In this document: positions 9,467-22,835 of the stretch, in pieces
How the letters are laid out: every line of letters begins with the position of its first letter
Numbering within the stretch: the first letter of the stretch is position 1
Origin: Candidatus Binatia bacterium
GTDB lineage: Bacteria > Desulfobacterota > Binatia > HRBIN30
Direction of reading: 5' to 3'
Length of the DNA stretch: 64,000 nucleotides
NCBI GenBank assembly: GCA_050015455.1
Contig: JBEKBJ010000009.1
Span: 8,508-72,507 of the forward strand
Translations under genes and position numbers: made by a program
Notes under the pieces: generated by a model
The model's database searches: none
Seen by the model: the letters and a program-made list of their open reading frames with translations, nothing else
What the model was told of the DNA's origin: nothing

Positions 9467-10612
9467 ATGCGAACGGTGAAGTGGAACGCTTTACTCTCAT
9501 GCCTCTGCGGACTCGCGGTGGTGTTGGGAGGCGTGGCGGTTAGCGCTCGAGCTGACGTCACGACGGAAAAGGGGGCATCGATCCTCATCTTTCCCAAGGT
9601 GCGCGCCGACGGCACGTTCGATACCATCATTCAAATTGCGAACACCAGTAACAGCATGAGGTATCTACAGTGCTTCTACGTGAACGCGTCCTTGCTGGAC
9701 TCGCTCACGCATTTGCCGTGCACGGTCCCCAGCGCCACCTGCGTACCGCAGTGCCAGGAGACGGATTTCACCATTTGGCTCACTAAGCAGCAGCCAACAC
9801 ATTGGAGCGTGAGCGAAGGCCGCTATTTCAATCCCAATGCGGGATTCGGCACTTATGATTCGGGCTTCGTGCCTGGTCACATCCCGCCGGTGACCGACTT
9901 CGTCGGCGAGCTGAAGTGCATCGAGGTGGATGCTTCCGGCAATCCGTCCATCTCCAACAGTCTAAAGGGTGAGGCCACCCTCGTCTCGCTTGTGACCGGG
10001 GGGGGCAGTACCTTGAGCTCTAATCTCACCGCTGAAGGCGATGTCGCCAAGTATAACGCGATCGGCATCCAAGGTAACCCGGACGTCGCGCCGGTGAATC
10101 CGCTCTTGCTCGACGGGGGCGCGACGTACAATGCCTGTCCAGCCAAGCTGATCTTGAACCACTTCACCAGTGGCGCGCCCGACATTGTCGTGAGCGAGCT
10201 CACTACCGATACGTCGGCAGAGTTCACCGACTTGACGCTGGTGCCGTGCAACGAAGACTTCGAGAATCAAATCCCGAAATCGGTGACCGTGCAGTTCCTC
10301 GTTTACAATGAGTTCGAAGAGAGATACTCGACGAGCATCACAGTCTCTTGCTTTTTGGAGACCGAACTTGCCAACATCGGCCAGGTGTTCACATACGGGT
10401 TTCTCGGCACGGAGGTGGCGCAGGCCATCATCACTCCGGTCGTGCAGGCCGATGGCTCTTCCGGCGGCCTGGTAGGCATCGCGGAACGGATCACCACTGT
10501 TGAGGTAGCGTCGCCGGCGACGGCGGCACGTGCGGCGTACAACCTGCACAGCGAAGGCAGCTTCATTCCTCCGATTGGGCCGGACCAGATCACGCTGCCG
10601 GCAGAGCAGTGA
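9467..10612 (+). CDS. Secreted Cys-containing hypothetical protein (paralog 1)
   Basis: Strong RBS AAAGGAGG; signal peptide ending SARA; shares many motifs with the next gene. Confidence 0.8.
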   Translation: MRTVKWNALLSCLCGLAVVLGGVAVSARADVTTEKGASILIFPKVRADGTFDTIIQIANTSNSMRYLQCFYVNASLLDSLTHLPCTVPSATCVPQCQETDFTIWLTKQQPTHWSVSEGRYFNPNAGFGTYDSGFVPGHIPPVTDFVGELKCIEVDASGNPSISNSLKGEATLVSLVTGGGSTLSSNLTAEGDVAKYNAIGIQGNPDVAPVNPLLLDGGATYNACPAKLILNHFTSGAPDIVVSELTTDTSAEFTDLTLVPCNEDFENQIPKSVTVQFLVYNEFEERYSTSITVSCFLETELANIGQVFTYGFLGTEVAQAIITPVVQADGSSGGLVGIAERITTVEVASPATAARAAYNLHSEGSFIPPIGPDQITLPAEQ

Positions 10613-10684
10613 TCGCTGGCACAGAGGCAAAGAGGGGAAAAGGCAGTGGCTGGTTTCTCCCTGATAGGTGAAAGGAGAAGGGCA

Positions 10685-11971
10685 ATGCGTACGGTGAAGT
10701 GGAATCCTTTTCTCTCGGGTGTAGCGATGCTCCTGGGAGGGGTGCTCCTATGGGCGGGTGCTGCGCACGCCGATATCTCGTCGACTAACCCGGCGGCGAT
10801 CGTGGTGTTCCCGAAAATAGTGGTCGATACGGGCGCTGTGATATCGGACGCGAAAATCGACACCGTCATTCAACTGACCAATACCGCCCCCCAGGCGGTG
10901 AACGTGCGGTGCTTCTACGTCGACGCCAACGGGCACTGCTCGAACGCCCCGACTGCATTCTGCGATCCGGGCCAGCCGGCGAGCGACTACTGTAGCAGCC
11001 CCGGCTATTGCATACCGGGCTGGGTGGAGACTGATTTCTCTTTCCAGCTGACGGCCAATCAGCCGCTCGTGTGGACAGTGTCTGCAGGCTTGGCCGGCGG
11101 AGACTTTCCACTCGCCTCGTTGCCAGGTATAGGCGGTGAGCTCAACACCGGCAGCATCCCGCAGGCGGCTGAGGATCCGATGCTCGGCGAGCTGAAATGC
11201 GTCGAGGTCGGCGATGACGAGATGCCGGTCGATACGAACGACCTCAAGGGCGAAGCGACAATAGAGCTCCTGACCGGGGTAAATATCGACATCGAGGGCT
11301 ACAACGCCGTCGGCATCCAGGCGATCCCAGGGAGCTGCAGCGGCGACTCCTCGATATCGTGCACCGCCGATACGGACTGCCAGCCGCCGGCAACGAGTGC
11401 TGATGACACGCCGTGCATACACGTGAACAATTTTGACAACACTCTGGTGATCGGCGGGCCGAACGCGGAGTACAACGGTTGCCCGAACACCCTCATCCTT
11501 GACCACTTCTTCGATGACGCGCCGGTGCTTGGGAGCAACGTCGATACGTGGCTCACGTTGGTGCCGTGCTCGGAGGACTTCTTCACACAGACCTGCGTCA
11601 CAACCACCGTGCAGTATCTGGTGTACAATGAATTCGAGCAGCGCTTCTCGACCAGCCGGCCGCTGACGTGCTTTAGCGAGTTGCAGCTTTCGGACATCGA
11701 TACGCGTCTTGGCAACGACCCGCCGAACAACTACACCTCGATCTTCAATGTCAATGTTGAGGGGACGCTGACGGGGCAGACGGTTATCCGTGGTGTCGCC
11801 GATTCCGACCCTACCATAACGCCTGGACACGGTCTGCTCGGGGTCGTACATGAGTTCCACCAGCTGAACGGCGGATCGGCCCCCGTCTTCTCCGCTGCGT
11901 ATATGCTGGATCTGAGTGGCTCACGGACGCAGGCCGACATCGTGCTGATGCCGCCGCCTTCGCCACAGTAA
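10685..11971 (+). CDS. Secreted Cys-containing hypothetical protein (paralog 2)
   Basis: RBS AAAGGAG; signal peptide ending AAHA; shared motifs FPK, CFYV, ETDF, GELKCxEV, LKGEAT, YNAxGIQ, LTLVPCxEDF, VQxLVYNEFE. Confidence 0.8.
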   Translation: MRTVKWNPFLSGVAMLLGGVLLWAGAAHADISSTNPAAIVVFPKIVVDTGAVISDAKIDTVIQLTNTAPQAVNVRCFYVDANGHCSNAPTAFCDPGQPASDYCSSPGYCIPGWVETDFSFQLTANQPLVWTVSAGLAGGDFPLASLPGIGGELNTGSIPQAAEDPMLGELKCVEVGDDEMPVDTNDLKGEATIELLTGVNIDIEGYNAVGIQAIPGSCSGDSSISCTADTDCQPPATSADDTPCIHVNNFDNTLVIGGPNAEYNGCPNTLILDHFFDDAPVLGSNVDTWLTLVPCSEDFFTQTCVTTTVQYLVYNEFEQRFSTSRPLTCFSELQLSDIDTRLGNDPPNNYTSIFNVNVEGTLTGQTVIRGVADSDPTITPGHGLLGVVHEFHQLNGGSAPVFSAAYMLDLSGSRTQADIVLMPPPSPQ

Positions 11972-11997
11972 TTGCATCGAGTAGCTTTGGTGAGCGC

Positions 11998-12035
11998 AAG
12001 GGCCGGGCGGTCATCTCGCCCGGCCCTTCGCTTTT
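11998..12035 (+). terminator. Rho-independent terminator
   Basis: aagggccgggcg / cgcccggccctt stem followed by cgcttttc. Confidence 0.7.
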
Positions 12036-12069
12036 CTGGCCCGGAAGACCCCCGGCGCTTTCGCCACCG

Positions 12070-13419
12070 CTACGCGTTCCCGGCGAAGGGGACGTTGACG
12101 CGGTAGACGTAGGCGCCGCGGCGAATGGAGACCAGAGCGCCGCGCGCCGAGCGCACCTCGATCATTGTGCGGCGGAAATCCTCCAAACTCCGCACTGACG
12201 TGCCCGCGAGCGCAACGATAGCATCGCCACTCTCAACCCCGATCCGCGCCGCCGGGCTTTGTGGCCGCACCGCATCGACGCGTAGGCCGTTCCGCGCGTC
12301 CGTCAGCCGCACCCCGATCAGTTGCCAAGCCAGAGCGTCAGCCCTTTCCGGCGGGAAGCGGCGTGCATGCAGGGTCAACCGGCGTGCTCCGCTGTCTCCC
12401 ATGACGGTGAGTTCAATTGCACTGCTCTCGGCGTGGTCGCGAATGCGTTGGTCATACTCTTCCGCCGAGTGCACATCGCGGTTGTCGACGGCGGTGATCA
12501 CCTCTCCCGGAGTGATGCGGGCGTCCGCCGCCGGACTGCCGGATTCGATGCTCCGCACCACGACGCCGTACCGGCGCTGCGTCTGCATTTCTAATTGCGC
12601 GGCAAGCTCGGGAGTCAGATCCTGTACGATGGCGCCGACCCAAGGGACGTGCACTTCGCCGTAGCTGATCAGATCGGTGACGATGCGGCGGGCCCGGTTG
12701 ATGGGGATGGCGAAGCCGATGCCCTGCGCCTTCTGATAGATCGCGGTGTTGATGCCGATGAGATCGCCGCTGAGATTCAGTAGTGGCCCGCCGGAGTTGC
12801 CGGGATTGATCGACGCGTCGGTCTGGATGAAGTCGTAATAGGTTTGCTCGCCGGTCTTCAGTGAACGGCCGAGCGCGCTGACCACCCCTGTCGTTACCGT
12901 GTGTGAGAGTCCGAAGGGATTGCCGATGGCGATCACGGTTTCGCCGATCATGAGGTCGTCGGAGTCGCCCATGTTGATGTACGGTAGCGAGGTGTCGGTC
13001 TTGACCTTGAGCACGGCCAGGTCGGAGTCCGAATCCGCACCAACCAATTGCGCTTCGAAGTCTCGATCGTCCGCCAGCGTCACCTTGATCTCGCTGCCGT
13101 GCAGGACGACGTGCTGGTTGGTCAGTATGTAGCCGTCGGGCCGGATGACAACGCCGGAACCGAGGCTGGTTTGCTTGTAGCGCTCCACCCGTGGCTCGGA
13201 GAAATCGTGGAAGAACTCGTCGAACAGCGGATCCCGAAAGGCAGGGAACGGGCTGGTCTGGCGTGCCACGATGGTTTCCGTGGAGATGTTAACCACGGCC
13301 GAACTGACCTTGTGGACCGCTTCGACAACCGGCGTGCGCCGGATCGGAGAGACGTCGGCGTGCGCTGCCAGCGGCAACGCGAGCACAGTCACAAAAGCCA
13401 ACAATAATTGTAGCCGCAT
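12070..13419 (-). CDS. HtrA/DegQ-family periplasmic serine protease with two PDZ domains
   Basis: LGSGV, LTNQHV, DSDLAVLK, IQTDASINPGNSGGPL; signal peptide from ATG 13419. Confidence 0.93.
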   Translation of the reverse strand: MRLQLLLAFVTVLALPLAAHADVSPIRRTPVVEAVHKVSSAVVNISTETIVARQTSPFPAFRDPLFDEFFHDFSEPRVERYKQTSLGSGVVIRPDGYILTNQHVVLHGSEIKVTLADDRDFEAQLVGADSDSDLAVLKVKTDTSLPYINMGDSDDLMIGETVIAIGNPFGLSHTVTTGVVSALGRSLKTGEQTYYDFIQTDASINPGNSGGPLLNLSGDLIGINTAIYQKAQGIGFAIPINRARRIVTDLISYGEVHVPWVGAIVQDLTPELAAQLEMQTQRRYGVVVRSIESGSPAADARITPGEVITAVDNRDVHSAEEYDQRIRDHAESSAIELTVMGDSGARRLTLHARRFPPERADALAWQLIGVRLTDARNGLRVDAVRPQSPAARIGVESGDAIVALAGTSVRSLEDFRRTMIEVRSARGALVSIRRGAYVYRVNVPFAGNA

Positions 13420-13486
13420 GGCCAGTGAGTGCAGCACGGATGCCCGCAAGTCAAGGAGGAGAGACCGACGTCCGCAAAAGCAGGTT

Positions 13487-13518
13487 CCTCCCCTTACCAA
13501 GGGGAGGTCAGGAGGGGT
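13487..13518. repeat. REP-like palindrome (CCTCCCC..GGGGAGG family)
   Basis: cctcccctt-acc-aaggggagg followed by tcaggagggg; related to 33163-33257, 37515-37549 and 56169-56206. Confidence 0.6.
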
Positions 13519-13568
13519 TGCAAGCAGCGCCGCTGTTATGAGCTGAGCGCCGATTGGATTGTTACCGC

Positions 13569-14117
13569 CTATTCCGCGAACACCGCGGCGGCCACCACGG
13601 ACGTCCACAGCCCGTCCTTATCACCGATGGCGGACTGCGTGACATTGCGCGTGACAACAATCTCGGTCGACAAACGCCACACGTCCTTGCGCTCGTCGTA
13701 GCTCTTGTTGGCGTCGAACTCGACACCCAGGAGCGTCGCCAGCATGGAGGCGGCGAGGTCTTCGGCGTAATCGCCCGCCTTGTCGTCGGTCTGCCCGAAG
13801 CTGTGGTGCTCGGCCAGATAACCGTACTGCGTGCGGTCCTTGGGGATGGCGACGCCGACCGAGGCAGCAATCAAACGGTGCGGTTCGTTGGTGGCGTTAT
13901 CGCTCATGACGACGTAAAGAATCTGGCCGGGTTTGAGCAGCGTCAGGCCTTCCTGCGCGGTGATCAACTTGGCGTGAGGCGGGAAAATGCTCGAGACGCG
14001 AACGACGTTGAACTGTGCGATCTTGGCGCTGCGCAGGGCCATTTCGAAGCTGGTCAGCTTCTCGCGATGCTTCCCCACTCCTCGGGTGAGAAAGATCTTC
14101 TTGGCCACCATCGACAT
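13569..14117 (-). CDS. pdaD: Pyruvoyl-dependent arginine decarboxylase
   Basis: LTSFEMALRSAKIAQFNVVRVSSIFPP (SS self-cleavage site), GYLAEHH, WTSVVAAAVF; RBS GGAGGAG. Confidence 0.88.
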   Translation of the reverse strand: MSMVAKKIFLTRGVGKHREKLTSFEMALRSAKIAQFNVVRVSSIFPPHAKLITAQEGLTLLKPGQILYVVMSDNATNEPHRLIAASVGVAIPKDRTQYGYLAEHHSFGQTDDKAGDYAEDLAASMLATLLGVEFDANKSYDERKDVWRLSTEIVVTRNVTQSAIGDKDGLWTSVVAAAVFAE

Positions 14118-14231
14118 CGCTACTCCTCCTTCCCCAAGAGCCACCGAGATTGCGGCGCGTTTAACACGATTGCGGCGCGGCTACAACCGCAGCCTCGGTA
14201 CAGTGGAACTGCCGACACGGGGCGCAGCCCG

Positions 14232-15898
<1,667 letters not shown>

Positions 15899-15902
<4 letters not shown>

Positions 15903-16398
15903 TCGATCACCGCCAGCGCCTGGCCTGCCTCCACCGCTTGCCCCGGCTCGACCAGCACCTCTTTTACTTCGCCGGTGGCAGGTGACTTCACCTCGTTCTC
16001 CATCTTCATCGCTTCGATGACCAGTAGTCCCTGGTCGCGCACGACCACATCGCCGACCTGGATCAGCACTTCGACGACTTTACCGGGCATCAAGGCGCGC
16101 ACCTCGTGCCTGCCTTTCTCCTCTTCGGGCTCGCCCAACATGACTAGCCGCCGGCGCTCATCGACGATGCGTAACCGGAAGACCTCGCCGGCGATCGACA
16201 CGGTGTAGTGATCGCCATCGATCCCAACGTCGGCCACTACCGAATGCCCGTCGATGAGCAGCGAGTACGTGTTGGGTCCGATGCGCCGGCTGTCGACGGT
16301 GCGCGGCACGCCGTCGATTTCCACCGTGAAGGCGGAATCGCCTGCCGCGTGCACCTCGATGCGGTGCGTCTGCTGCTCGAGTTCCGCCAGGTACGCCA

Positions 16399-16399
<1 letters not shown>
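15899..16399 (-). CDS. Biotin carboxyl carrier protein of acyl-CoA carboxylase
   Basis: MPGKV and EAMKMENE biotinylation motif. Confidence 0.93.
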
Positions 16400-17910
<1,511 letters not shown>

Positions 17911-17914
17911 TATC

Positions 17915-18017
17915 GTGATTCGTGCTCGTGAATCGTGCTCGGAGAGTCCAGCGGTGCTGCGCACCGCTGCGGCTGCTCGCTCTGTTCCACGAGCACCACT
18001 CACGAACACGACTCACG
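17915..18017. repeat. Intergenic inverted repeat built of hexamer units (CGTGCT/CGTGAT-like), REP-like
   Basis: cgtgattcgtgctcgtgaatcgtgctc (17915-17940) is the reverse complement of gagcaccactcacgaacacgactcacg (17991-18017) with about 4 mismatches. Confidence 0.7.
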
Positions 18018-18020
18018 ATC

Positions 18021-19571
18021 TTACAAGGGAATGTTGCCATGCTTCTTGGGCGGGTTCTTGTCGCGCTTGCTTTCGAGGATCTCGAGGGCGCGAATCAGCT
18101 TCGGACGCGTGTCCTCTGGCATGATGATCTCGTCGACGTAGCCCAGCTCGGCGGCCTTGAACGGGTTGGCAAAGGTGCGGCGATACTCGTCCACCAAGCG
18201 TTCTTTTTCGCCCACCGGATCGCCAGCGCGATCGAGCTCGTTGCGGAACACGATGTTGACGGCGCCGTCGGGCCCCATGACCGCGATCTCGGCGGTCGGA
18301 TACGCGAAGTTGATGTCGCCGCGGATGTGCTTCGAGGACATGACGTCGTAGGCGCCGCCGTAAGCTTTGCGCGCGATCACCGTGACCTTGGGGACAGTGG
18401 CCTCGCAGTACGCATACAGCAACTTGGCGCCGTGCGTGATGATACCGCCGTACTCCTGTGCCGTTCCCGGGAGAAAGCCCGGCACGTCGACGAAGGTGAC
18501 GATCGGGATGTTGAAGCAGTCACAGAAGCGCACGAAGCGCGCCGCCTTCTTGGAGGCATTGATGTCGAGGCAGCCGGCGAGGAAGGCGGGCTGGTTCGCC
18601 ACGATCCCGACCGAACGCCCGCCCAAACGTCCGAAACCGATCACGATGTTCTTGCCGTACTCACGTTGCACCTCGAAAAAGTGGCGATCGTCGACGACCG
18701 CGGTGATGATGTCGCGAATGTCGTAGGGCTTGTTCGGGGTGTCCGGCACTATCGAACGCAGTTTCTCATCGCGGCGCAACGGATCGTCGTCGGTCGGCAC
18801 AAACGGTGGATCCTCGAGGTTGTTGCTTGGGATGTAGGAGAACAGTTCGCGCACCATGGCGAGGCATTCGCGATCGTCACGGCCGGAGAAGTGCGCCACG
18901 CCGCTGCGAGTGTTGTGCGTGACCGCGCCACCGAGATCCTCCTTCGTCACCTCCTCGTGAGTCACTGCCTTGATGACGTCGGGGCCGGTGATAAACATGT
19001 AGCCGATCTTCTCGACCATGAAAATGAAGTCGGTCATGGCCGGCGAGTACACCGCGCCGCCGGCGCACGGCCCCATGACGACGGAGATCTGCGGGACGAC
19101 TCCGGATGCCAGCACGTTGCGCAAGAAGATGTCGGCGTAGCCGCCCAGGCTGACGACGCCTTCCTGAATGCGCGCGCCGCCGGAGTCGTTCAGGCCGATC
19201 ACCGGCGCGCCCGTCTTCATCGCCAGCTCCATGATCTTACAGACCTTCTCCGCGAAGGCGCCGCTCAAACTGCCGCCGAACACGGTGAAGTCCTGCGAGA
19301 AGACGTACACCAAGCGGCCATCAATGGTGCCGGAGCCGGTGACCACGCCGTCGCCCGGTATCTTCTTCTTGTCCATGTCGAAATCGGTGCAACGGTGGGT
19401 TTTGAACTTGTCGGTCTCCACGAAGGAGCCGGGATCGAGCAGCACATCGATGCGTTCGCGGGCGCTGAGCTTGCCTGAAGCGTGCTGCCGCTCGATGCGA
19501 TCGTCACCACCGCCCAGTTCGGCTTCCCGGTGCAGGCGCTCGAGTTGTTCCAGGTTCTCTTTTAGGCCCAT
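18021..19571 (-). CDS. pccB: Propionyl-CoA carboxylase carboxyltransferase (beta) subunit
   Basis: [50 protein letters not shown]-terminal KKHGNIPL. Confidence 0.93.
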   Translation of the reverse strand: MGLKENLEQLERLHREAELGGGDDRIERQHASGKLSARERIDVLLDPGSFVETDKFKTHRCTDFDMDKKKIPGDGVVTGSGTIDGRLVYVFSQDFTVFGGSLSGAFAEKVCKIMELAMKTGAPVIGLNDSGGARIQEGVVSLGGYADIFLRNVLASGVVPQISVVMGPCAGGAVYSPAMTDFIFMVEKIGYMFITGPDVIKAVTHEEVTKEDLGGAVTHNTRSGVAHFSGRDDRECLAMVRELFSYIPSNNLEDPPFVPTDDDPLRRDEKLRSIVPDTPNKPYDIRDIITAVVDDRHFFEVQREYGKNIVIGFGRLGGRSVGIVANQPAFLAGCLDINASKKAARFVRFCDCFNIPIVTFVDVPGFLPGTAQEYGGIITHGAKLLYAYCEATVPKVTVIARKAYGGAYDVMSSKHIRGDINFAYPTAEIAVMGPDGAVNIVFRNELDRAGDPVGEKERLVDEYRRTFANPFKAAELGYVDEIIMPEDTRPKLIRALEILESKRDKNPPKKHGNIPL

Positions 19572-19787
19572 AAGAAAGCTTGTCCCCACCTGCGGGCCGG
19601 GACGCAGCCGTCTTCATATGCGTCCCGCGAAGGGAATTCAAGGATGCGGCTCAGCGCAGTTTGCCAACTTCGGCTATAGTGGGGCTGCGCATGCTCGGCC
19701 CGTTCGCCGCGTAAAATGCGACCGAGGCGCTGGAGGCACCGGCCAGGAATAGTGTATACTACGCCCCGAGTCCGACGGAGGTGACGG

Positions 19788-20996
19788 TTGTTGGAGGTCG
19801 AAAAAAGGCAATACCGCTTCCCTGCGATTTACTTTGAAGCCACGCGGTTGTGCAACCTGCAGTGTTCCGTGTGCATGTCCGCGAGCAACGACGCGGAGCG
19901 CGTGCGCGCCAGTCGCAGGCAGGAATTGAGCTTCGAAGAGATCCGCGATCTGGTGCTCATACCCGCCAAGCGCCTCGGCGTGCTGGCCATCGGCTGGAGC
20001 GGCGGCGAGTTCCTGCTGCGCAAGGATGCCTTCGACCTCTTTCGGCTGACCATCGACCTGGGCTACCAGTGCAAGCTGTGCAGCAACGGTGAGCTGCTGA
20101 CGCGCGATGTCTTGCTGCAGATCAAAGAGGCCACTGGCGGGCGGGTGACCATCGCCCTTGGCCTGAATTCCATCGATGAACACAACGTCTGGAGCCGCGA
20201 CGCGGCGCCGGACCGCACGCTGGAAGTGTTGGATCTCTGTGACGAGCTGAAGATCGACCGCCACGTCATCATCACCATCGGTAAACACAACGCCGAGAGC
20301 TTCGAACGCACGGTGAAATACCTGGTGGATCGCCACATCTCCTACAACCGCTCGCCGCTGGTGGCCCGCGGGTCGGGCTGCGATGCCTTCATGGAGAAGG
20401 CCTTCGATCGAAAGGATCTGGAGGCAAAATTTCACCCGGCGCTGCGCCGGCATGTCAACGGCTACGTGAGCTACACGCCGTTCTTTCTCTCGCCGGAGCT
20501 GCACACCGAGGTCTCGGGCGGCGTGCGCAACGGTGCCGTGCCGCACAACCCGCCGATAGGCTGCTGGGTGGGCACGTGGCTGACGTTGAACGCCGAGGGT
20601 GACGTCTCGGTGTGCCCGGTGCTGCTCGACGTGCTCTCAGCCGGCAACGTGCGCGAGAAGCCGCTCGATCGCCTGGTCAACGAAAGCGAGCTTTTCGCCA
20701 CCATTCTCGACCGCAGCCAGCTCAAGGGGCGCTGCGGCCGCTGCCGCTACCAATACACCTGCGGCGGATGCCGGGCCATGGCCTACTTCCACACCGGCGA
20801 TTACATGGCCGACGACCCAACCTGCTTCTTCGACCCGGTCGACAAGACCACGGTCAGCGAGCACGAGGAAGAGACCAACCGCTTCTTCAAGAAATACCTG
20901 ATGATCGCCCGTTACGTCGGGCTGTATCAGCGGCCCGAGCGGAAACCGGCCCACCTATCCGAGCGTGCGGAGGAGCGCCCCGGCCTCAACTCGTAG
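19788..20996 (+). CDS. Radical SAM protein with SPASM domain
   Basis: CNLQCSVC, SGGE, and SPASM cysteines C..GDVSVCP..CGRCRYQYTCGGCRA..DPTC. Confidence 0.9.
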   Translation: MLEVEKRQYRFPAIYFEATRLCNLQCSVCMSASNDAERVRASRRQELSFEEIRDLVLIPAKRLGVLAIGWSGGEFLLRKDAFDLFRLTIDLGYQCKLCSNGELLTRDVLLQIKEATGGRVTIALGLNSIDEHNVWSRDAAPDRTLEVLDLCDELKIDRHVIITIGKHNAESFERTVKYLVDRHISYNRSPLVARGSGCDAFMEKAFDRKDLEAKFHPALRRHVNGYVSYTPFFLSPELHTEVSGGVRNGAVPHNPPIGCWVGTWLTLNAEGDVSVCPVLLDVLSAGNVREKPLDRLVNESELFATILDRSQLKGRCGRCRYQYTCGGCRAMAYFHTGDYMADDPTCFFDPVDKTTVSEHEEETNRFFKKYLMIARYVGLYQRPERKPAHLSERAEERPGLNS

Positions 20997-21100
20997 CGGC
21001 GCAGCATGCTGCGCCGCTGGCGTTTGGACGTTATCAGGCTATATTCTGCTGAAGTGCCCAGAATATGGCGACGGAGCCCAATCGTGCGGCGCGACCAAAT

Positions 21101-21205
21101 CGCCCAGGGCAGCGCCCTGGGCTGATGGCTGGCGCCCCTTTGCGGCTTGCTTTTCTGGAGCCCTGAAAGGGCGGAGAGTCATGAGCCCCGGGCAACGCCC
21201 GGGGT
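21101..21205. repeat. REP-like composite palindrome
   Basis: gcccagggcagcgccctgggc, gccctgaaagggc and gccccgggcaacgcccgggg hairpins clustered in one intergenic gap. Confidence 0.65.
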
Positions 21206-21250
21206 GGCCCGGAAATCATTCCCGGCTCTGCCGGAGAAAGGGACATAACC

Positions 21251-21967
21251 ATGAGTGACACCATCCTAATTACGTGGCTCGGGCACGCGACCTTCCGCAT
21301 CCAGAGTGCGAACGGCAAGATGCTGCTGATCGATCCATGGATCCGCGGCAATCCGGCCTGTCCGGACGCCGAGAAACAGACTGGGCCGCTCGACGCCATG
21401 CTCATCACGCACGGCCATTTCGATCACATCAGCGATGCCGTCGAAACCGCACGCGAAGCGAAGCCACACGCAGTTGTGGCGATTTACGAGACCACGGCCT
21501 GGCTCGAGCGCAAAGGCGTCGAGAACTGCGTCGGAATGAACAAGGGCGGCACGGTCGAGGTGGCGCCCGGCATTTCCGCCACCATGGTCTATGCCGATCA
21601 TTCGTGCGGCATCTTGGACGACGGCCAGATCATCTACGGCGGCGACCCGTGCGGCTACGTCATCGAGTTCGAAAACGGGAAACGCGTCTACCACGCCGGC
21701 GATACCAACGTCTTCGGCGACATGAAGCTCATCCGCGAGCTCTATCGGCCCGACATTGCCCTGCTGCCGATCGGCGGGCTCTACACCATGTCGCCACGCG
21801 AGGCGGCGCTGGCGGTCAAGCTGCTCGGCGTCAAGCGCGTCATCCCCATGCACCACGGCACCTTCCCAGCGCTCACCGGCACGCCGGAAGGGCTGCGTGC
21901 GGCAACCAAGGGGATTCACGGGTTGAAAATCGTCGACTTGAAACCCGGCGAGTCGACCGAGTTGTGA
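21251..21967 (+). CDS. Metallo-beta-lactamase-fold metal-dependent hydrolase (UPF0173-like)
   Basis: WLGHATF, ITHGHFDH, YHAGDT, LLPIGG, IPMHHGTF. Confidence 0.9.
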   Translation: MSDTILITWLGHATFRIQSANGKMLLIDPWIRGNPACPDAEKQTGPLDAMLITHGHFDHISDAVETAREAKPHAVVAIYETTAWLERKGVENCVGMNKGGTVEVAPGISATMVYADHSCGILDDGQIIYGGDPCGYVIEFENGKRVYHAGDTNVFGDMKLIRELYRPDIALLPIGGLYTMSPREAALAVKLLGVKRVIPMHHGTFPALTGTPEGLRAATKGIHGLKIVDLKPGESTEL

Positions 21968-22082
21968 AGACTCTCTCCGCAACGCCGTCCGCTGCTGCTC
22001 CCTCCAGATCGAGCGTAAGCATCAAGGCCTTCTCGAAGCTCATCGAACTTCTCCCGGACGGGCAAGGGACAGGCCTGTCGCG

Positions 22083-22490
22083 CTAGCGGGTATGGTCGGT
22101 CAATCGAGCAGTGACCCTCTCCACCCAGTGCCGCAGCAGTGCGGCGTGCTGGGGTAAGCGCCCCGCGATTTCCTCCGCCAAGTCTTCGTTATAGGTGTGC
22201 ACGGTCAGGTTGCGATCGTCGGCCATGGCCAGTGCGAGGCGCGTCTCGTCTTCGTCGAGAATCCCGACCTCCAGCGACGCCCGAGCTACGCCCTTGGGTG
22301 AACCGAGATCGAGGCCTTCCACTTCCCGGAGGTAAAGCTGAACCGCCTTCCAGACAGCCTCGAAAGTGTACTCGAAACGTTGGATCGCTGCATCCCGCTC
22401 GACCTTTGACCGCTCCCGTTTGTGCGCCAGCTCATCGAGCGTGGAGAGGACCTCGCGGGCCGTGGCGACGCGTTGGGTCAATCGTTCCAC
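22083..22490 (-). CDS. HEPN-domain toxin (HI0074 / HepT-like)
   Basis: RDAAIQRFEYTFEAVWK, SPKGV, RNLTVHTY (RX4HXY motif). Confidence 0.88.
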   Translation of the reverse strand: MERLTQRVATAREVLSTLDELAHKRERSKVERDAAIQRFEYTFEAVWKAVQLYLREVEGLDLGSPKGVARASLEVGILDEDETRLALAMADDRNLTVHTYNEDLAEEIAGRLPQHAALLRHWVERVTARLTDHTR

Positions 22491-22792
22491 GGAATGCCCT
22501 CAGCCAGAATTCTACGGCGAAACGCCTCACTGACGGTTGAAAGGTCGATGACCTCGACCCGGTACGGGATGTCACTCTCTTCCAGCGCCTCACGCAGACG
22601 GGCCAGCGTCCCCGGAATCAGCGGGGCCTCCGGTAACACCGCCACGTCGATGTCTGAAGTGCGGCGCGCGTCGCCGCGCGCGCGTGATCCGAACAGAAAC
22701 AGCCGGGCGCGTTGCGGCGCAAGAAACTTCACGACGATCCGCCGCGCCGCCTCCACATCGTCGCGTTCGCCGCCCGTGTGTGCGTAGGCCAC
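22478..22792 (-). CDS. Minimal nucleotidyltransferase (MNT) antitoxin
   Basis: LFGSRARGDARRTSDIDVAV (GSX10DXD); overlaps the HEPN gene start. Only the last ~104 codons of the listed 407-aa ORF look real. Confidence 0.85.
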   Translation of the reverse strand: MAYAHTGGERDDVEAARRIVVKFLAPQRARLFLFGSRARGDARRTSDIDVAVLPEAPLIPGTLARLREALEESDIPYRVEVIDLSTVSEAFRRRILAEGIPWND

Positions 22793-22835
22793 AGCGGCAG
22801 TATTAGTCCTGACCACACAGCCGGTCAACGGCTGC

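Noticed and set aside
19620-19665. AAGGGAA string near the B12-dependent mutase operon as a cobalamin riboswitch
   Set aside because: The rest of the B12-box consensus is absent and it is on the wrong strand for the operon.
20965-21258. 97-aa ORF after the SPASM gene as a RiPP precursor
   Set aside because: It overlaps the enzyme's 3' end and is mostly translated REP-like palindromes.
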